This document shows positions 48,101 through 61,378 of a stretch of 64,000 bases of DNA, one piece after another. Source of the stretch: an uncultured bacterium. GTDB taxonomy: Bacteria > Zixibacteria > MSB-5A5 > CAIYYT01. Numbering within the stretch: the stretch's first letter is position 1; each line of letters opens with the position of its first letter. The stretch spans positions 8,972-72,971 of the forward strand of contig CAVOPW010000018.1 of assembly GCA_963698225.1 (NCBI GenBank), read 5' to 3'. A program made the position numbers and the translations under genes. The notes below the pieces were generated by a model. The model had not been told where the DNA came from and did no database searches. It was given only the letters and a program-made list of their open reading frames with translations.

Positions 48101-51100
48101 GTCATAGGACGAGATGGCCTCTTCATGTCTGCCAAGTTCTGAGAGTGTGATTGCCTGGTTGTACCACCCGTAGGCAGAACCGGGTTCAATATCAAGGGCA
48201 TGGACAAGGGCGTCCAGTGCGGGTTCATACCGGCCGATGGATAATAGCGTACTTCCTTTTCTCAGCCACGCCGCGTGCACACGCCGCATCGTGTGCAAGA
48301 ACCTGGTCAAAGCAGGCAATTGCATCTTCCGGGTTCTGGAGTTCGATGTATGTCTTTCCCTTCCGGTACCATGCCGTCGTGTTGTCAGGTGAAAGGGCGG
48401 TTGTCCTGTCGAATGCTTCGAGTGCATCTTCAAACCGTCCCAGTTCGAAAAGCACCCTTCCCTTGAGCAGCCATACGTCTGCGACATCGCTTTCAAGGCT
48501 GAGTGAGGATTCGAGTGCCCCGAGTGTCTCCTCAAATCTGTGGAGAGATGCCAGGATGGTGCCCTTGTTAAACCAGGTCTCGTAGTCTGCCGGCATCAAG
48601 TTCGAGAGCCGCATCGAATGCAAGGAGTGCCTCATCGGGTCGGTCCAGGTTTTTAAGGGAGAGACCCTTGTGATAATATATCGGTGCCTGTGATGGTTCA
48701 ACGGCGATTGCCCGGTCAAATGATACAATGGCATCCTTATCTTTCGAGAGCCGTGCAAACGCGAGTCCCTTGTCATAGAAGGCACTGACAAACCTGGTAT
48801 CGATGGTCGTAGCCTGTTCAAAAGCTTCGACTGCCTGGAGATCCTTTCCAAGTTTTGTCAGGGCGATACCCTTGTCATACCAGGCATTTGCATATCTGGG
48901 GTTAATGGCAAGCACCCGGTCATAGGATGAGACGGCCTCTTCATGTCTGCCAAGTTCTGAGAGTGCGATTGCCCGGTCGTACCACCCGTAGGCTGAACCG
49001 GGTTTTATATCCAGGGCGCGGGTGAGGGCGTCCAGTGCGGGTTCAAACCTCCTGAGCGAGAGCAGCGTACTTCCTTTGCTCAGCCACGCCGGTGCACACG
49101 CCTCATCGTGCGCAAGAACCTGGTCAAAGCAGGCAATTGCATCTTCCGGATTCTGGAGCTCTATGTATGTCTTTCCCTTTCGGTACCATGCCGTCGTGTT
49201 GTCAGGTGAAATGGCGGTTGTCCTGTCGAATGCTTCGAGTGCCTCTTCAAACCGTCCCAGTTCGAAAAGCACCCTTCCCTTGAGCAGCCATACGTCTGCG
49301 ACACCGCTTTCAAGGCTGAGTGAGGATTCGAGTGCACCGAGCGCCTCACCAAACCGAAGAAGTTTCACCAGGACAGATGCCCGCTGATAGAGTGCAGGAG
49401 CATTATCCGGTTCCTTTTCCAGCAAAGTATTGAATGCATCAAGAGCTTTTTTCATTTTTTCCAAGGCTGACAAACGAGAGACCAGACTGGAATATCGCAT
49501 CTGTCAGGGAATTGTCAAAGATAAAAGCCTGACTGAATGACCGGATTGCCTTTTCGTATTTTGCTGTGGCTTTCAGCACGAGTCCTTTATGATAATGTGC
49601 ATAAGCGTGCTCCGGTACATTTTCAAGAGTATAGTCGAACGCTTTGATGGCGTCTTTGTACCTGCCTGTGCGGAAGAGAGCAAGACCTTTATTATATGCT
49701 GCATCGGTAAAGGAAGGGACCAGGGCAAGAGTTTTTTCATAAGCACTGATGGCGTCATCGTCATACCCGAGTGAAGACAGTGCAAGACCCCGGCCATACG
49801 CTGCATCAGCGCTACCGGATTTCAATTCGAGTGTTTTATCAAATGCCAGAATCGCATCGTTGAAATACTTAAGCTTATTAAGGGCGTGTCCCCTCGCTAA
49901 CCAGATGTCAGGATCGTCCGGAGTAAGTTCGATTGAACGGTTCAGGGAAACCAGAGCGTCTTTGTTGCGTCCGGCTGCCATGAGGGCATTCCCGCGGTGG
50001 TAGTGGAGATAACCATTTTCAGGTCCGATGGCAAGTGCCAGATCGAATGCTGCAACCGACTCCTCATATCGCCCGATAGTCTCGAGTGCGACTCCTTTTT
50101 TGTATGCTGCGTTCTGCATACCCGGGCTGAGTTCAAGGGCACGTTCAAACGCAGGCACCGATTCATCAAACCGTTTTAGTGTACAAAGGACATCTGCTTT
50201 ATTGTACCATGCGACTGCACATGAATCGTCCAGAGACGATGCCATCCCGAACGCTTCAAGGGCATCCTCAAACAGTGACATCTGCTTATAGCTGATTCCG
50301 CGGTAATACCATGCAGTGGTATGCTGTTTGTCAAGGACTATCACCTTATCAAACGCTGAGACTGCCTCTTCCCACCGTTTGAGGTGAAGCAGGGCTTTTC
50401 CACGATGAATAAGTGCAAAAATGTTCTGGGGTTCACGCCTTAGCGATTTCCCGAAAGATTCAACTGCTTCCTTAAATCGGAACAACTTATAGAGTGAATA
50501 CCCCTTGCATGAAAGGAGACCTGAATCCGTGGTGTCCTGTTCCAGTGCCCTGTCCAGTGCAATTACTGCGTCTTGGTACCGGGCAAGTTTTACTAAAGCA
50601 ACACCCCTTCCCCGGTGTGCCCGGGTATTTTCCGGATCAAGGAGGAGAGTTGCGTCGAACTCTCTGATTGCGTCCTCATACCGGGCAATCTTTTCAAGAA
50701 TCTCACCCTTGACAAGATGGGATACCACGTCGGTTGAATCAAGTTCGAGGGCGCGATCGAACGAAGCGATCGCATCCTCATTTCTGTCGAGCCGGGAGAG
50801 CACCAGTCCCTTTTCAGCATGTAAACGGGAGTTATCCAGACCCATCTCAATACATGCATTGAATGCATCCAGGGCAGATTTCCGGTTGGCCGAGATGGGA
50901 ATATGAAAGCCCCTTCTCAAAAAGGATCTCACCGGAATCAGGTTTGAGAACAAGAACGGCATCGAATGCTTCTATTGCCCGGTCGTATTTTTTAATGATG
51001 AAAAAAGATCTCCCCATCTCTTTCCAGGCTTCTATTCGGGATGGGTTAAGAGCCACGGAACGGGTGAAAGCCTCAATGGCATCAGAATATTGACGTAAAC

Positions 51101-54100
51101 GAACGAGAGCGGCACCTTTAAAATAAAATACCCGTTCGCACGAGGGCTCCAACTGGTTAATCCGGGAATATACGGTAACTGCTTCTTCAGTTAAATCCTG
51201 GCGGTCTGTTCCCGGGCAAGACCGTATAATGCTGTCAGATCATCTGGATTTGTGATAAGGTACATTCCTGAATGCTTCAGTCGCCTCCGGGTCGCGTCCG
51301 AGAGTGAGAGTGCTCTCCCCTTCTGCAGATACGCATCTGCAAAATCCGGCATCAGACGGTTCGCCTGCTCGAAAGCTGCAACGGATTCTGTAATTTCTGC
51401 GCTTTGGCAAGTGCAATACCCTTATAATAATATGCTTCACCAAATTCCGGTTCGAGAACCAGTGCGTGATCAAATGCTGCAACTGCATCATCAAAATTGT
51501 CAAGGCTGATGTGGGCCCTGCCCTTATAGAACCAGGTATGGGGGTTGTCAGGGTCAATTTCCAGTGAGGTTGCATAGGCAATGAGAGCGTCCTGAAATTG
51601 TTCGAGAGCAAAAAGACAGAATCCTTTTATCAGCCATGCATTGGCGATCCGTGGTTCAGCCTCGAGTGCACGGGTAAGGGCTTTTACAGCTTCGCTGAAT
51701 TCACCAGTCGGCGAGGGCAAGTCCCTTATGGTACAACGCATCGGTAAAACCGGGATTAATCTCAAGGGCGCATGTAAATGCCCTGGCCGCTTCATCATGA
51801 TGTCCCAGCACTGCATGGGATAAACCATACCGGTAAAAATATATCAGCCCTTCCGGGATCGATTGATCTGCCGTCTTAAAAGCAACAGCTGCCTGTTCAT
51901 GTTCATCCAGATGTGCGAGAGCAATCCCCTTCTGATAGAGTGCCTCAGGATTATCAGGGGTCATTTCAAGGGTACTATTGAAAGCGGATATTGCTTCGTC
52001 ATATATACCCACATTTGAAAGGGCTATACCTTTATTGAAGAAGGCTGGTGCGAAATGGGGAATCAGTTCCAGCACGCGATCAAACGAGGCGACCGCTTCA
52101 GGATGCCTGCCAAGGTGGATCAATGCCAGCCCCCTGTCATAATACACCTGTGCATTACCCGGATCAGCTCGATAGCCTGCTCAAAAGCAGTAACCGCAGG
52201 CTCGAAGCGTTCCAGTTCAGCAAGGGCTTTTCCTTTCTGGTAAAGTGCTTCGATAAAGTCCGGTTGAGTTCTATTGCCTTTTCGCAGGCAGCGAGCGATT
52301 CTTCATGACGACCCAGATCGTGAAGTGCGACTCCTTTTCTGAGTGCGGCCTCTGCCGAATTTGGGTCCAGTTCAAGCGCCCGGTCAAATGCATCTATCGC
52401 ATCCTGGCAGCAGCCCATACCATACAGGGCTTGGCCTTTCTGGAAAAATCCCGGGGCATATGACGGGAGGAGGGAGAGTGCCCTGTCAAACGAGACAACC
52501 GCTTCGCTGAACCTGCCCAGTTTTCGCTAAGGCAACGCCTCGGTTGTAGTGTGCATCTGCGAGCTGGGGATTTGTTTCAAGAGCATGATCAAATTCCTGA
52601 ATTGCCTCGTCTGTCCGGGATAATTCCAGGAGGGCAAAACCCTTATGGAAATGAGCATCGGAAAAACCGGTAGATCTCGATCCCTGTCATACGCATAAAT
52701 TGCCTCAGGAGGTGTTTCCGGAATCAAAGAGTGCTCTTCCTTTCTGATAATAGGCATGGTAATTTTTAGGATTATCAGTAATAATCTTGTTAAAGTCCCT
52801 GACAGCATCCTTGAATTTTTTAAGATGAGACAGGGCGATGCCTTTTCGCATCCGTGCTTCTGCATAATTCGGTTTTAGTGAAGCGTCTTTTCGAAAGCAA
52901 AGATTGCCTCATTGTAACGGTTCTGACCCATGTAAGCCTTGCCCTTATGATAGAAAGCCAGTGCATTATCAGGATCGTAAATAAGTGCTTTATCAAAAGC
53001 CTCAAGTGCTTCTTCGAATCTTCCGAGCCTGGAAAGTGCGAGACCACGGTTAGATGCCCCTGTGCATTTCCCGTATCCTTCTCGAGATTCTTATCGAAGG
53101 ATTCAATGGCTTCAGTATATTTTTCCAGGCTAAAAAGTGCAAATCCCAGATGATAGTAGACTTCAGTGAAGGAAGAATCAATTTCCAGAGCACGGGTAAA
53201 TGCAGAAATTGCATCGGAATATTTTCCGCTCTGGTTTAAGGATTTTCCCTTGTTATACCATGCAGGTGCAAAAGAAGGCAGGATATCAGCAGTCTTTTTA
53301 AAAGCTTCGATTGCATCACGGTGATCTCCAAGTCTGGCTAATGCAAGTCCCTTATGGAACAGGAAGCTCGATATTTGTACAGATTTCGAGGAGTATTTCA
53401 TATGCATGGATCGATTCGTCGAATCTGTTTACTTTTTCAAGCGCGAGCCCCTTGTAGTGAAATGCTTCAATGCATCTCTTGTCCAGGGCTATAGCATTAT
53501 CAAACGCATCAATAGCATCCTGGTATCTCCCGATGTCAAAGAGAGCCTTCCCGTTTTTGACCCATGCGTCAACCTGACCGGGATCAATTTTCAGGGATTT
53601 GGTGAATGCGACGATTGCATCCTCTGTTCGTCCGAGATCATTCAGGGCATCACCCTTCTTCATCCAGATGTCGCGAAGGGCAGGGTTAATATCAAGGGCA
53701 CGGGAATAAGCAAAAACAGCATCCTGAATTTTATGGAGATCGTAGAGAGCATTGCCTTTTTTTACCCACGCCTCCACGAAATTCATATTAATCTCAAGGG
53801 CTTTTGAATATGCGAGGACAGCATCCTGTTTTCTCTGAAGAGAAAAGAGGGCATCTCCCTTCTGCATCCAGATCTCGATTATCGTCGGATTGAGCGAGAG
53901 AATCCTGTCGTGTGTCTCGATAGCTTCGGGATACCGGCCAAGCTTAAAAAGTGATTTTGCACGGCAGATGAGTGCTTCGATAAGCGACGGGTTTGCTGAT
54001 AACTTGTTGAGTAAAGGAATAGCTTCTTCGTAACGGGAAAGTTCAGCGTTGGCGATACCCTGGTACATATAACTTTCAGTGAGTGTCGGATCAATTTCAG

Positions 54101-57100
54101 TTGCTTTTTTGTTCGCCGCGATAGCATCCTCATACCGTTTCAATTCGAGATACGAAAGTCCAAGGTAATAATAATTTGAGGCATCGGATGTATCCAGGGA
54201 CAGGGCCGCCTCAAAGGATTTTACAGCATCATTATAGCGTTCACGCTGGACAAGGGCGACCCCTTTGAAGTGATGCGTTGATGGGTTTGAAGGATCAAGC
54301 AGAAGTGCTTTGTCGAATGCTTTTATCGCATCGCTGTATCGTTCTTTACCGGTAAATGCGACCCCGAGGAAATAAAATCCCAATGCATTTTCAGGCCCGA
54401 TATCCAGAGACTTCTCAAATGTCCTGATGGCATCATCGTATCTCTCGCGCTGGATTAGAGCGATCCCTTTCTGGTACAGGATTTGTGGATCATGGGGAGA
54501 TATTTCCAGTGCCATGTCGTAGGACGCAACAGGCTTCCAGGGGCATCCCAAGATGAATAAGGGCATTTCCCTTCTCAAAAAATGCACGGGCACAACGGCG
54601 GTTGATCTCAATAGTTTTATCAAAAGCCTGAACGGCTTCTTCAAATCTTTCAAGGGCTGACAGCCCGATACCAAGGTAACACCATGACCAGACATCGCGT
54701 GGCTGTTCCTCAACCGAGCGGCTAAGGATCAGCACCGCTTCTTCAAAATGGTGAATTTTGATAAGTTCGATACTTTTCCGCACTGTTGCTTCAGTAAGTC
54801 CGGGATCCAATACGAGGGCCTGGTTAAAAGCCTCAATCGCCTCGTCCTGCAAACCAAGATTTGCCAGGGCAATACCCTTGTTCAGCCACAATCCGGGACG
54901 TAATGGATCATATCCGAGTGCTTCCCGAAAGTATCCAGACTTCCTGATAGTGTAAAAGACGTAAATGTGCAATCCCTTTCCCAAATAATGCCTCGTGATT
55001 ATGCGGGGAAATTTCAAGGACGCGATTATAAGCATCGATCGCATCGGAGTATTGTCCGAGCTTAAGGAGCGTTTCTCCCCTGTAATACAGCGCAGGAATA
55101 TAGAGCGGACTGATTCCAATTGCCCTGTCAAAAACATTCAGGGCCTCAGAATAATTTTTTTGGTGTACCAGCGCAAGTCCCATGGCATAATGAACCTCAA
55201 TAAAATCCGTTTGAAGTTCAAGTGCGATGTCAAAGGACCTGATTGCTCATATACCGTTTCAGCTCGGAAAGAGAAATTCCCTTATGGTAGCTGATCATCG
55301 GATCATCAGGTGTGAGGTCAAGTGCCCTGTCGAAGGCTGCGATTGCATCCTTGTACCTGCCCAGGCGGGACAAGGCAATCCCTTTTCTATGATAAGCGGG
55401 AGTGCAACCAGTATTGATCCCTATGGCTTTATCGAATGACTGGACCGCTTTTTCAGGCTGCCCGAGTGCCGCAAGGGCAACACCCTGATAACACCAGAGC
55501 AGGGCATCCCCGCGGCATTCCCCGGGAAGCGCCGCTGAATACTCCGAGAGCCTCTTCATGTTTTCCAAGTTTGACGAGTGCAATTCCTTTTCTGACCAGC
55601 GCATCCGTTCTTTTTGGATCAGCAGAACTGACTGATCAAATGCCTCGACTGCTTCTTCATAATGTTTCAGCTGCTGGTGCACGATCCCTGAGTAATAATA
55701 CGATGGTGCATGGGCAGGATCGAGTGCAATGGCCCGATCGAATTCTGTAAGGGCTTCCTCAAAGTGATCCAGCTCGATAAGGGCAATACCTTTGAAATGG
55801 TGGACAAGGGAATATGAGGGATCTATGGCAAGAGAATGATCGAATGCGGTTACCGCTTCAGAATACCGCTCGGTACCGGCATATGCCAGTCCAAGAAAAT
55901 AATATCCCGAAGCATTTTCCGTTTCATGTGCAAGGGCATGTTCGAACGCATCGATTGCATCTTCAAAACGCTCCTGACGAAAAGAGAGTGACACCTTTCA
56001 GATAGATAATTTTCGGATTATCAGGTTCGATCTTCAGTGCACGATCATAGAGATCTTCCGCTTCTGACTGCTTTCCCAGATAGGAGAAGGCGTTTGCTTT
56101 CTCATAGAGTGCACGTGTGCACCGCGGGTTGATCTCCAGAGTTTTGTCAAACGAACGAATGGCTTCTTCGAATCGTTCAACAGATGAAAGGGCGATACCT
56201 TTATAATACCATGCCTGGTCATTGTCAGGCTGTTCTTCAAGAGCACGGTTAAGAATTGAGATTGCCTCATCATAACGGCAGAGAGTTATCAGGACAATTC
56301 CTTTACGGACTGCTGCCTCCGCATGCCGGGGATTTAAAATAGTACTTTGTCGAACGACGCGATGGCTTCATCTGCCATTCCCAGTCTGCTGAGGGTAATT
56401 CCTTTCTGGAGCCACCCTTCAGTCAGCGCGGGTTCTGCTCGATTGCCTCGTTAAATGCCACCAGTGCTTCCTGATATCGAGAAAGATGGAAAAAAGCCAG
56501 ACCTTTATTATACCATGCACCGGTATTCTGCTGTACCTGTCCGAGCACGCTGTCGAAATCCAGTATCGATTCAGCATATGCCCGGTCATAAGCGGTACCG
56601 CGCTGATAGAGAACGAGGGTATTTGTCGGATCAAGTTCAAGGGCCTGATCATAGGCATATACGGCATCTTCATATCTCCCCAGCTGAATGAGTGAAAGTC
56701 CCAGGTTGTAATACGCATTGATGTAATTTGGGTTGATGGCAATGGCGTGTTCAAATGCATCAATTGCCATTTCGGACTTTCCGAGCTTTGCCAGGGCAAG
56801 ACCTTTATCATAGAATGCCTGGGCAAACGAAGGTTTGATCCTGATACTTTTATTGTATGATTCAATTGCATCAGGATATTTACCGAGTTTGGCAAGCAGG
56901 AGTCCCTTCTGGTGAAATGCCTGTGCATTTTCCGGATTCTGTTTGATAGTCCTGTCAAATTCCTGAATGGCTTCATCGACATTTCCCAGTTTTGCGAGTG
57001 CAAAACCCTTATGGAAATAGCATCCCCATAGCGCAGGATTGATCTTCAGGGCCCTGGTCGTACGCAGAAACAGCTTCCGCATACCTGCCGAGGCTGGCGT

Positions 57101-58372
57101 AGGCAATCCCTCCCTGGAATGCTGCCTGTGAACATCCGGGATCCAGATGAAGCGCCTGTTCGAACGATTCAATCGCTTCTTTATGCCTGCCAAGCTTCGT
57201 CAGAGTGCAATGCCCCGGAAATAAAATGAGGCAGGATGCTCTCCTTTTTTCAACAGAGCCTGGTTAAATGATACCCAGCGCATCCTCGTACCGGCTGAGC
57301 CTGATGCAGGCAACTCCTTTCAGGTACAATGCATCGGAATTTTCCGGCTCCAAATGAGAGAGTACTGTCAAAATCCAGCATTGCATCCCGGTACTTGTGC
57401 AGATCGGAAAACGCAATTCCACGATTATAGTATGCGGAGTGTTTCCCGGGTCAACCTATGACTTTATTAAACGCAGAGACTGCATCGGCATATTTTTGCA
57501 TCGCGTTGAATGCAAGTCCTTTATTAAGCCATGCATCAGCCACAAGCGGGTTCATCTCAAGGGACCGGTCGAGTGCTGCTAACAGTTTCGCCATATCTTC
57601 CGATTCTGAAAAGAGAAATTCCTTTTATTGCCCAGATATCAGCGTGCCCGGGTTCCTGCCCGAGGAATGTATCGGCCGATTGGTCAGCTTCTTCAAACCG
57701 TTCCTGTTCGCATAAATAAAGGTACGGTAATACCAAACCCATATATCCGCAGAATCTATTTCGAGATGCTTTATTGAATGCAATCAGCGCGTCATCATAT
57801 TTTCCGATGTCGTAGAGTGAGATGCCTTTATTATAAAATGCCTTTGCGTAATTGGGTACGATTTCGATGGCCTTATCGTATGCCAGAATTGCTTCGGAGT
57901 GCATGTTGAGATCGGCAAGTGCAATTCCCTTGTTATAATAGACTTTTGCATGCCGCGGATCGACGGTCAGTGCGTGATCATAAGCACCGATAGCTTCTTT
58001 GAAGCGCCCCAGTTCATAAAAAGCAATGCCTTTAAGGATCCATGCCTCGGCGTTGTCCCACTTGATTGTCAGCAGACGATCACATGCTTTCAGGACATCC
58101 TCATTTCTCCCCATCTGGGCCAGGGTCGCCGCTTTATTATACCAGGCATTTGTATCAGCGGGATTGATAGCAACTGCATGATCATACGCATCGATGGCCT
58201 CCTCGTACCTGCCGAGATCATACAGAGCAATGCCTTTAAAATAATAGGCTTTTGAAAGATCGGGAAAGAGGGCAAGTGCACGATCAAACATGACAATGGC
58301 TTCCTGATACCTGCCAAGGTCATAGAGTTCGATGCCCTGTCGCAATAATGCCTCAGGATCACTCTTATTCAT
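42176..58372 (-). CDS. Giant TPR-repeat protein (~5,400 aa if contiguous; broken by many indels)
   Basis: Start MNKSDPEALLRQGIELYDLGRY at 58372. Consecutive minus-strand ORF fragments all show 34-aa W/Y..KG..L..LGR.EEA...FD.AL repeats down to ...AKICYKKAG at 42176. Confidence 0.85.
46060..49340 (-). repeat. Four tandem ~816-bp units (8 TPR motifs each) inside the TPR gene
   Basis: GTTAAACCAGGTCTCG at 46116, 46933, 47749 and 48567; GAGGATTCGAGTGC at 46871, 47687, 48505 and 49322. Confidence 0.92.
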
Positions 58373-58699
58373 GGATTTCTTACCTCACAGTAATACAATC
58401 TGAATTTGGCTATTTTCGCTCAGACCGTTTATAGTGTTCCGGTTTATTAAGCGCGGCATATACCTTTTATGGTATATATGTATGATATACACGGTATTTA
58501 TGAATACTATTTTTATACTATCAGACCATCTTTTCTTTTTTCCGAATCATGTATGCGTTTTCTTACCCGCAGTGTCAGTAAAATGATGTGAATCTGATCT
58601 TTAAAATGATGAAATTCCCTGTCATGGATGGTTTGCAGGAGACTTTCTACGCGATCTTTTTCCGCCCTAAAATTATAAAAATGGGTATAGGACCATTTT

Positions 58700-59161
58700 A
58701 ACTACCGAACTCGTAATAAGGTTACGAGAGGAAAAATGGTCAAAATCCAATGCCCAAAATGCAGGTCAGAAAGGTATACCACAAAGATAGGCATGCAGAA
58801 ATATCAGGTAGAGGTGATAGACGGTGTTTATGTGAGACCCAGCCGTTTTACTGATTCTCGGACCGATGTATCAGGTTCGAATAATTTGATAGCCATGAGA
58901 AATTTTGTGAAAGGGATTTTCGACCCTTCCAGGATGCTGCCCCTGCGGACTCCCCACTCTTTGTAATAACGATAGCACTTAAACTTGAATATACGGACTC
59001 TCCCGATATGATTCTCCCCGCAGAACGGACAACGGGTATACCGTTTAAATATCCCTATTTCACGTAAAACCTGAACGGCCTTCTCTTCATCACTGATGTA
59101 TTGTGCCAACTCACTCAGGTTCATCCACTTCTCGCCATCACTCAGTTAGTTTATAGCAGTG
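58700..59161 (-). mobile_element. IS1595-family transposase remnant (N-terminal Zn-ribbon only)
   Basis: ORF 58828..59124 reads CPFCG...FKCY....W.VRRGSILEGSKIPFTKFLMAIKLF. Frameshift at GLT/YNTVY; no DDE domain. Candidate left end CTGCTATAAACTAA at 59146-59159. Confidence 0.8.
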
Positions 59162-59309
59162 GCTTAAATTAAGCAATCACCAGATATTAAACGAAAGTCG
59201 GATTCTCCGAATTATTCAAAGATTCTCAATACATATGAGGAAAAAGGGATGGAAGTACGAGTACTTCCTACCACGCGTGCCGAGCCTGTCCAAACAGATA
59301 GCAGCGTAA

Positions 59310-59420
59310 AAATCTGATACCGGGCAAGCCGGGGCATTGGGGGAATCTAGCCCTGACAGCACTTGGAAGGTTACGATCAAGGCCTTCGCACCGCTTCACC
59401 CCGGGTTGATCTTCTCGTAC
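59310..59420. other. Archaeal/bacterial junction 2 (position approximate)
   Basis: Composition changes from AT-rich methanogen DNA to GC-rich planctomycete coding sequence ending at 59427. Confidence 0.75.
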
Positions 59421-59426
59421 CGGCCG

Positions 59427-61073
59427 TTAGCGCCGCCCAGCGCCCTTGACCGCGCCGCCGATGGCTTTCAGCACGCCCTCTTGGACTTCCAGCCGTACGG
59501 CGCAGCCGTTTTTGATCGGCGTGGCGGTGAGCGAAATGGTGTCGCTGCCCGCATACTCCTTGACGGCATCGAGCGCCGCCTTGATCTGCGGGTTGGAATC
59601 GGCCGCGGCCACGAAGGTCAGGATGGGCGTCAGGAAAGACGCAACTGCGACGGCGGCAGTTGCTTGCCGCTGTCCGACGACGAAGCCGCCAGGACGTTCT
59701 TCAGCAGTGGCTCGAATCCTTGCCAAAGGCGACGTACGCGCTTTCTTGCCCGTGCCGATGACCAATTCCAGCGGGTCGCCCAGGATCGCGCGAACCTGCT
59801 CGTCGGCCTCCGCAGGGGGATCTTGGCCGTGTGGAACGTAACGCCTTCGCACGTTTCGGCGTCGAAGTTGATGCCGGGGAAGTTGGGGTCTTTCTTGGGG
59901 CGAATCCGGCCAACTTCTTGAGGGCGTCCGCCAGCTTCTCGCCGTCGGCCACAAAGCCGCCGGCCGCAAACGCGAGCGAACCCGGCTTGAGCACCAGCGT
60001 CGCCGAAGTCCATCTTCGCCGCTTTGACGGTGGCGTCGGCGACGTCCAGCAGTTGGTTCACGATCGCCTTGACCGTCTGCCGCTCCTCGTCGTTGACAGG
60101 TTGCCGTCCTTTTCGATTCCCTGCATGGCTTGTTCGCGAGCTGAGCGAGCATGCGCGGTGTCTGCTCGACTTCGGCCTCGCTGCTCGTGCCGTGCCGAGA
60201 ACGTCATGGCGGTGTCCGCCAGGAGAAGCCCGCAAGGCGGACTTGCCCTCTTTGATCAGTTGCATCTGCTTGGCGAGGTCTGCCTTCGACGGCGGTGAAG
60301 TTCACGTCGAGGTAGGTTTTCTTGCCTCCTTGTCAACCTGCCAACCCAGGGTGACGTGATCGGTTTCCTGAATCAGTTGGACGATGGAATCGACCGCCAG
60401 CCCGCCCAACTTCTCTCATCGCCTCGGCCTGCTGGGCGTTGAGTTCCTGGGCCACGCGATCTTCAAACCCTGCCGCAGCTGCGTCACGGCCATCTCTCGC
60501 AGTCCGGCGGGAATGTTGCAGACGTTCACCCGCAGGGCCAACGTGTACTTCTTGTTCAGGCCGTCCAGGAGGGCGACCGGATCTTTCGGCAGATCGTTCA
60601 GGTGCTCTTGGCGGTTGGCGACAAAGGCCCAGCCGTCCGACTTCCTTGACGAACATCGGCTGGGGGCGGTCGCCGGCGACTTTCAAGACGCCGCCTCCCA
60701 GATCTTCGGGCTTGCCGATCTGCTCCTCCATCGTCATCAGGAGCATCTTCAAGTCCTTGACGGGCACGAAGCTCAAGGCCCGCATGTCGTTCTCGCCCTG
60801 GAGCGTCAAGACAACGCCCGTCGGCCGCGTCTTGTCCAGCGGCGCGGTGTAGGGGCTGGCCATCAAGGCGACCAAGCGGCCAAAGTCGCCGACGCCGGCC
60901 GATTCGGTCACGTACAGCACATCCGACAACACTTCGTCGGAGCCGGCCAGCGAGGCCACCATCAGCGGCTTGGCCGTTGCCCGTACGCCGGCTGCGTCAC
61001 GCCCGCCCCAGAGTTGTCAGGGCCAGGGCCACGATGCCAACATCCGAAACCTTCGCTTCCAAAATCTCTTCAC
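59427..61073 (-). CDS. Secreted planctomycete hypothetical protein (multiple frameshifts)
   Basis: AAGGAG ribosome-binding site before GTG at 61073; signal-like start; ORF pieces 60333..60962, 59630..60265, 59701..59994 and 59427..60152 join into one protein. Confidence 0.7.
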
Positions 61074-61378
61074 GATCGCATTCTCCTTTGGTTAATGCGT
61101 CTTCGCCACTTCTTTACGGTTACCCGCGGCGAACGCACGCAGTTTCGCCGAAACGAAGTCGCGGGAAAGGCCGGATGCACAAGAGACCAGCTGAGCATAA
61201 ATACCCGCCAGCGGTCTGAGGTTTCGCCCAAATTGCAGCAATCGCAGAATTAATCAAAACAAGGTGAGAGGTCGCTCGCCAAGTGGACCGGTGCTGCAGC
61301 GGAACCCGGCCCACTCGCGGCGAATGTGCCAGGCTCCTGCGAGAAGCTCGCGAAAGGCATTCTTTCCCCAACAGGCTG

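Noticed and set aside
46060-49340. CRISPR array or other non-coding repeat array
   Set aside because: The units are 816 bp, coding and lack unique spacers; no cas genes or 25-45-bp repeat-spacer pattern anywhere in the window.
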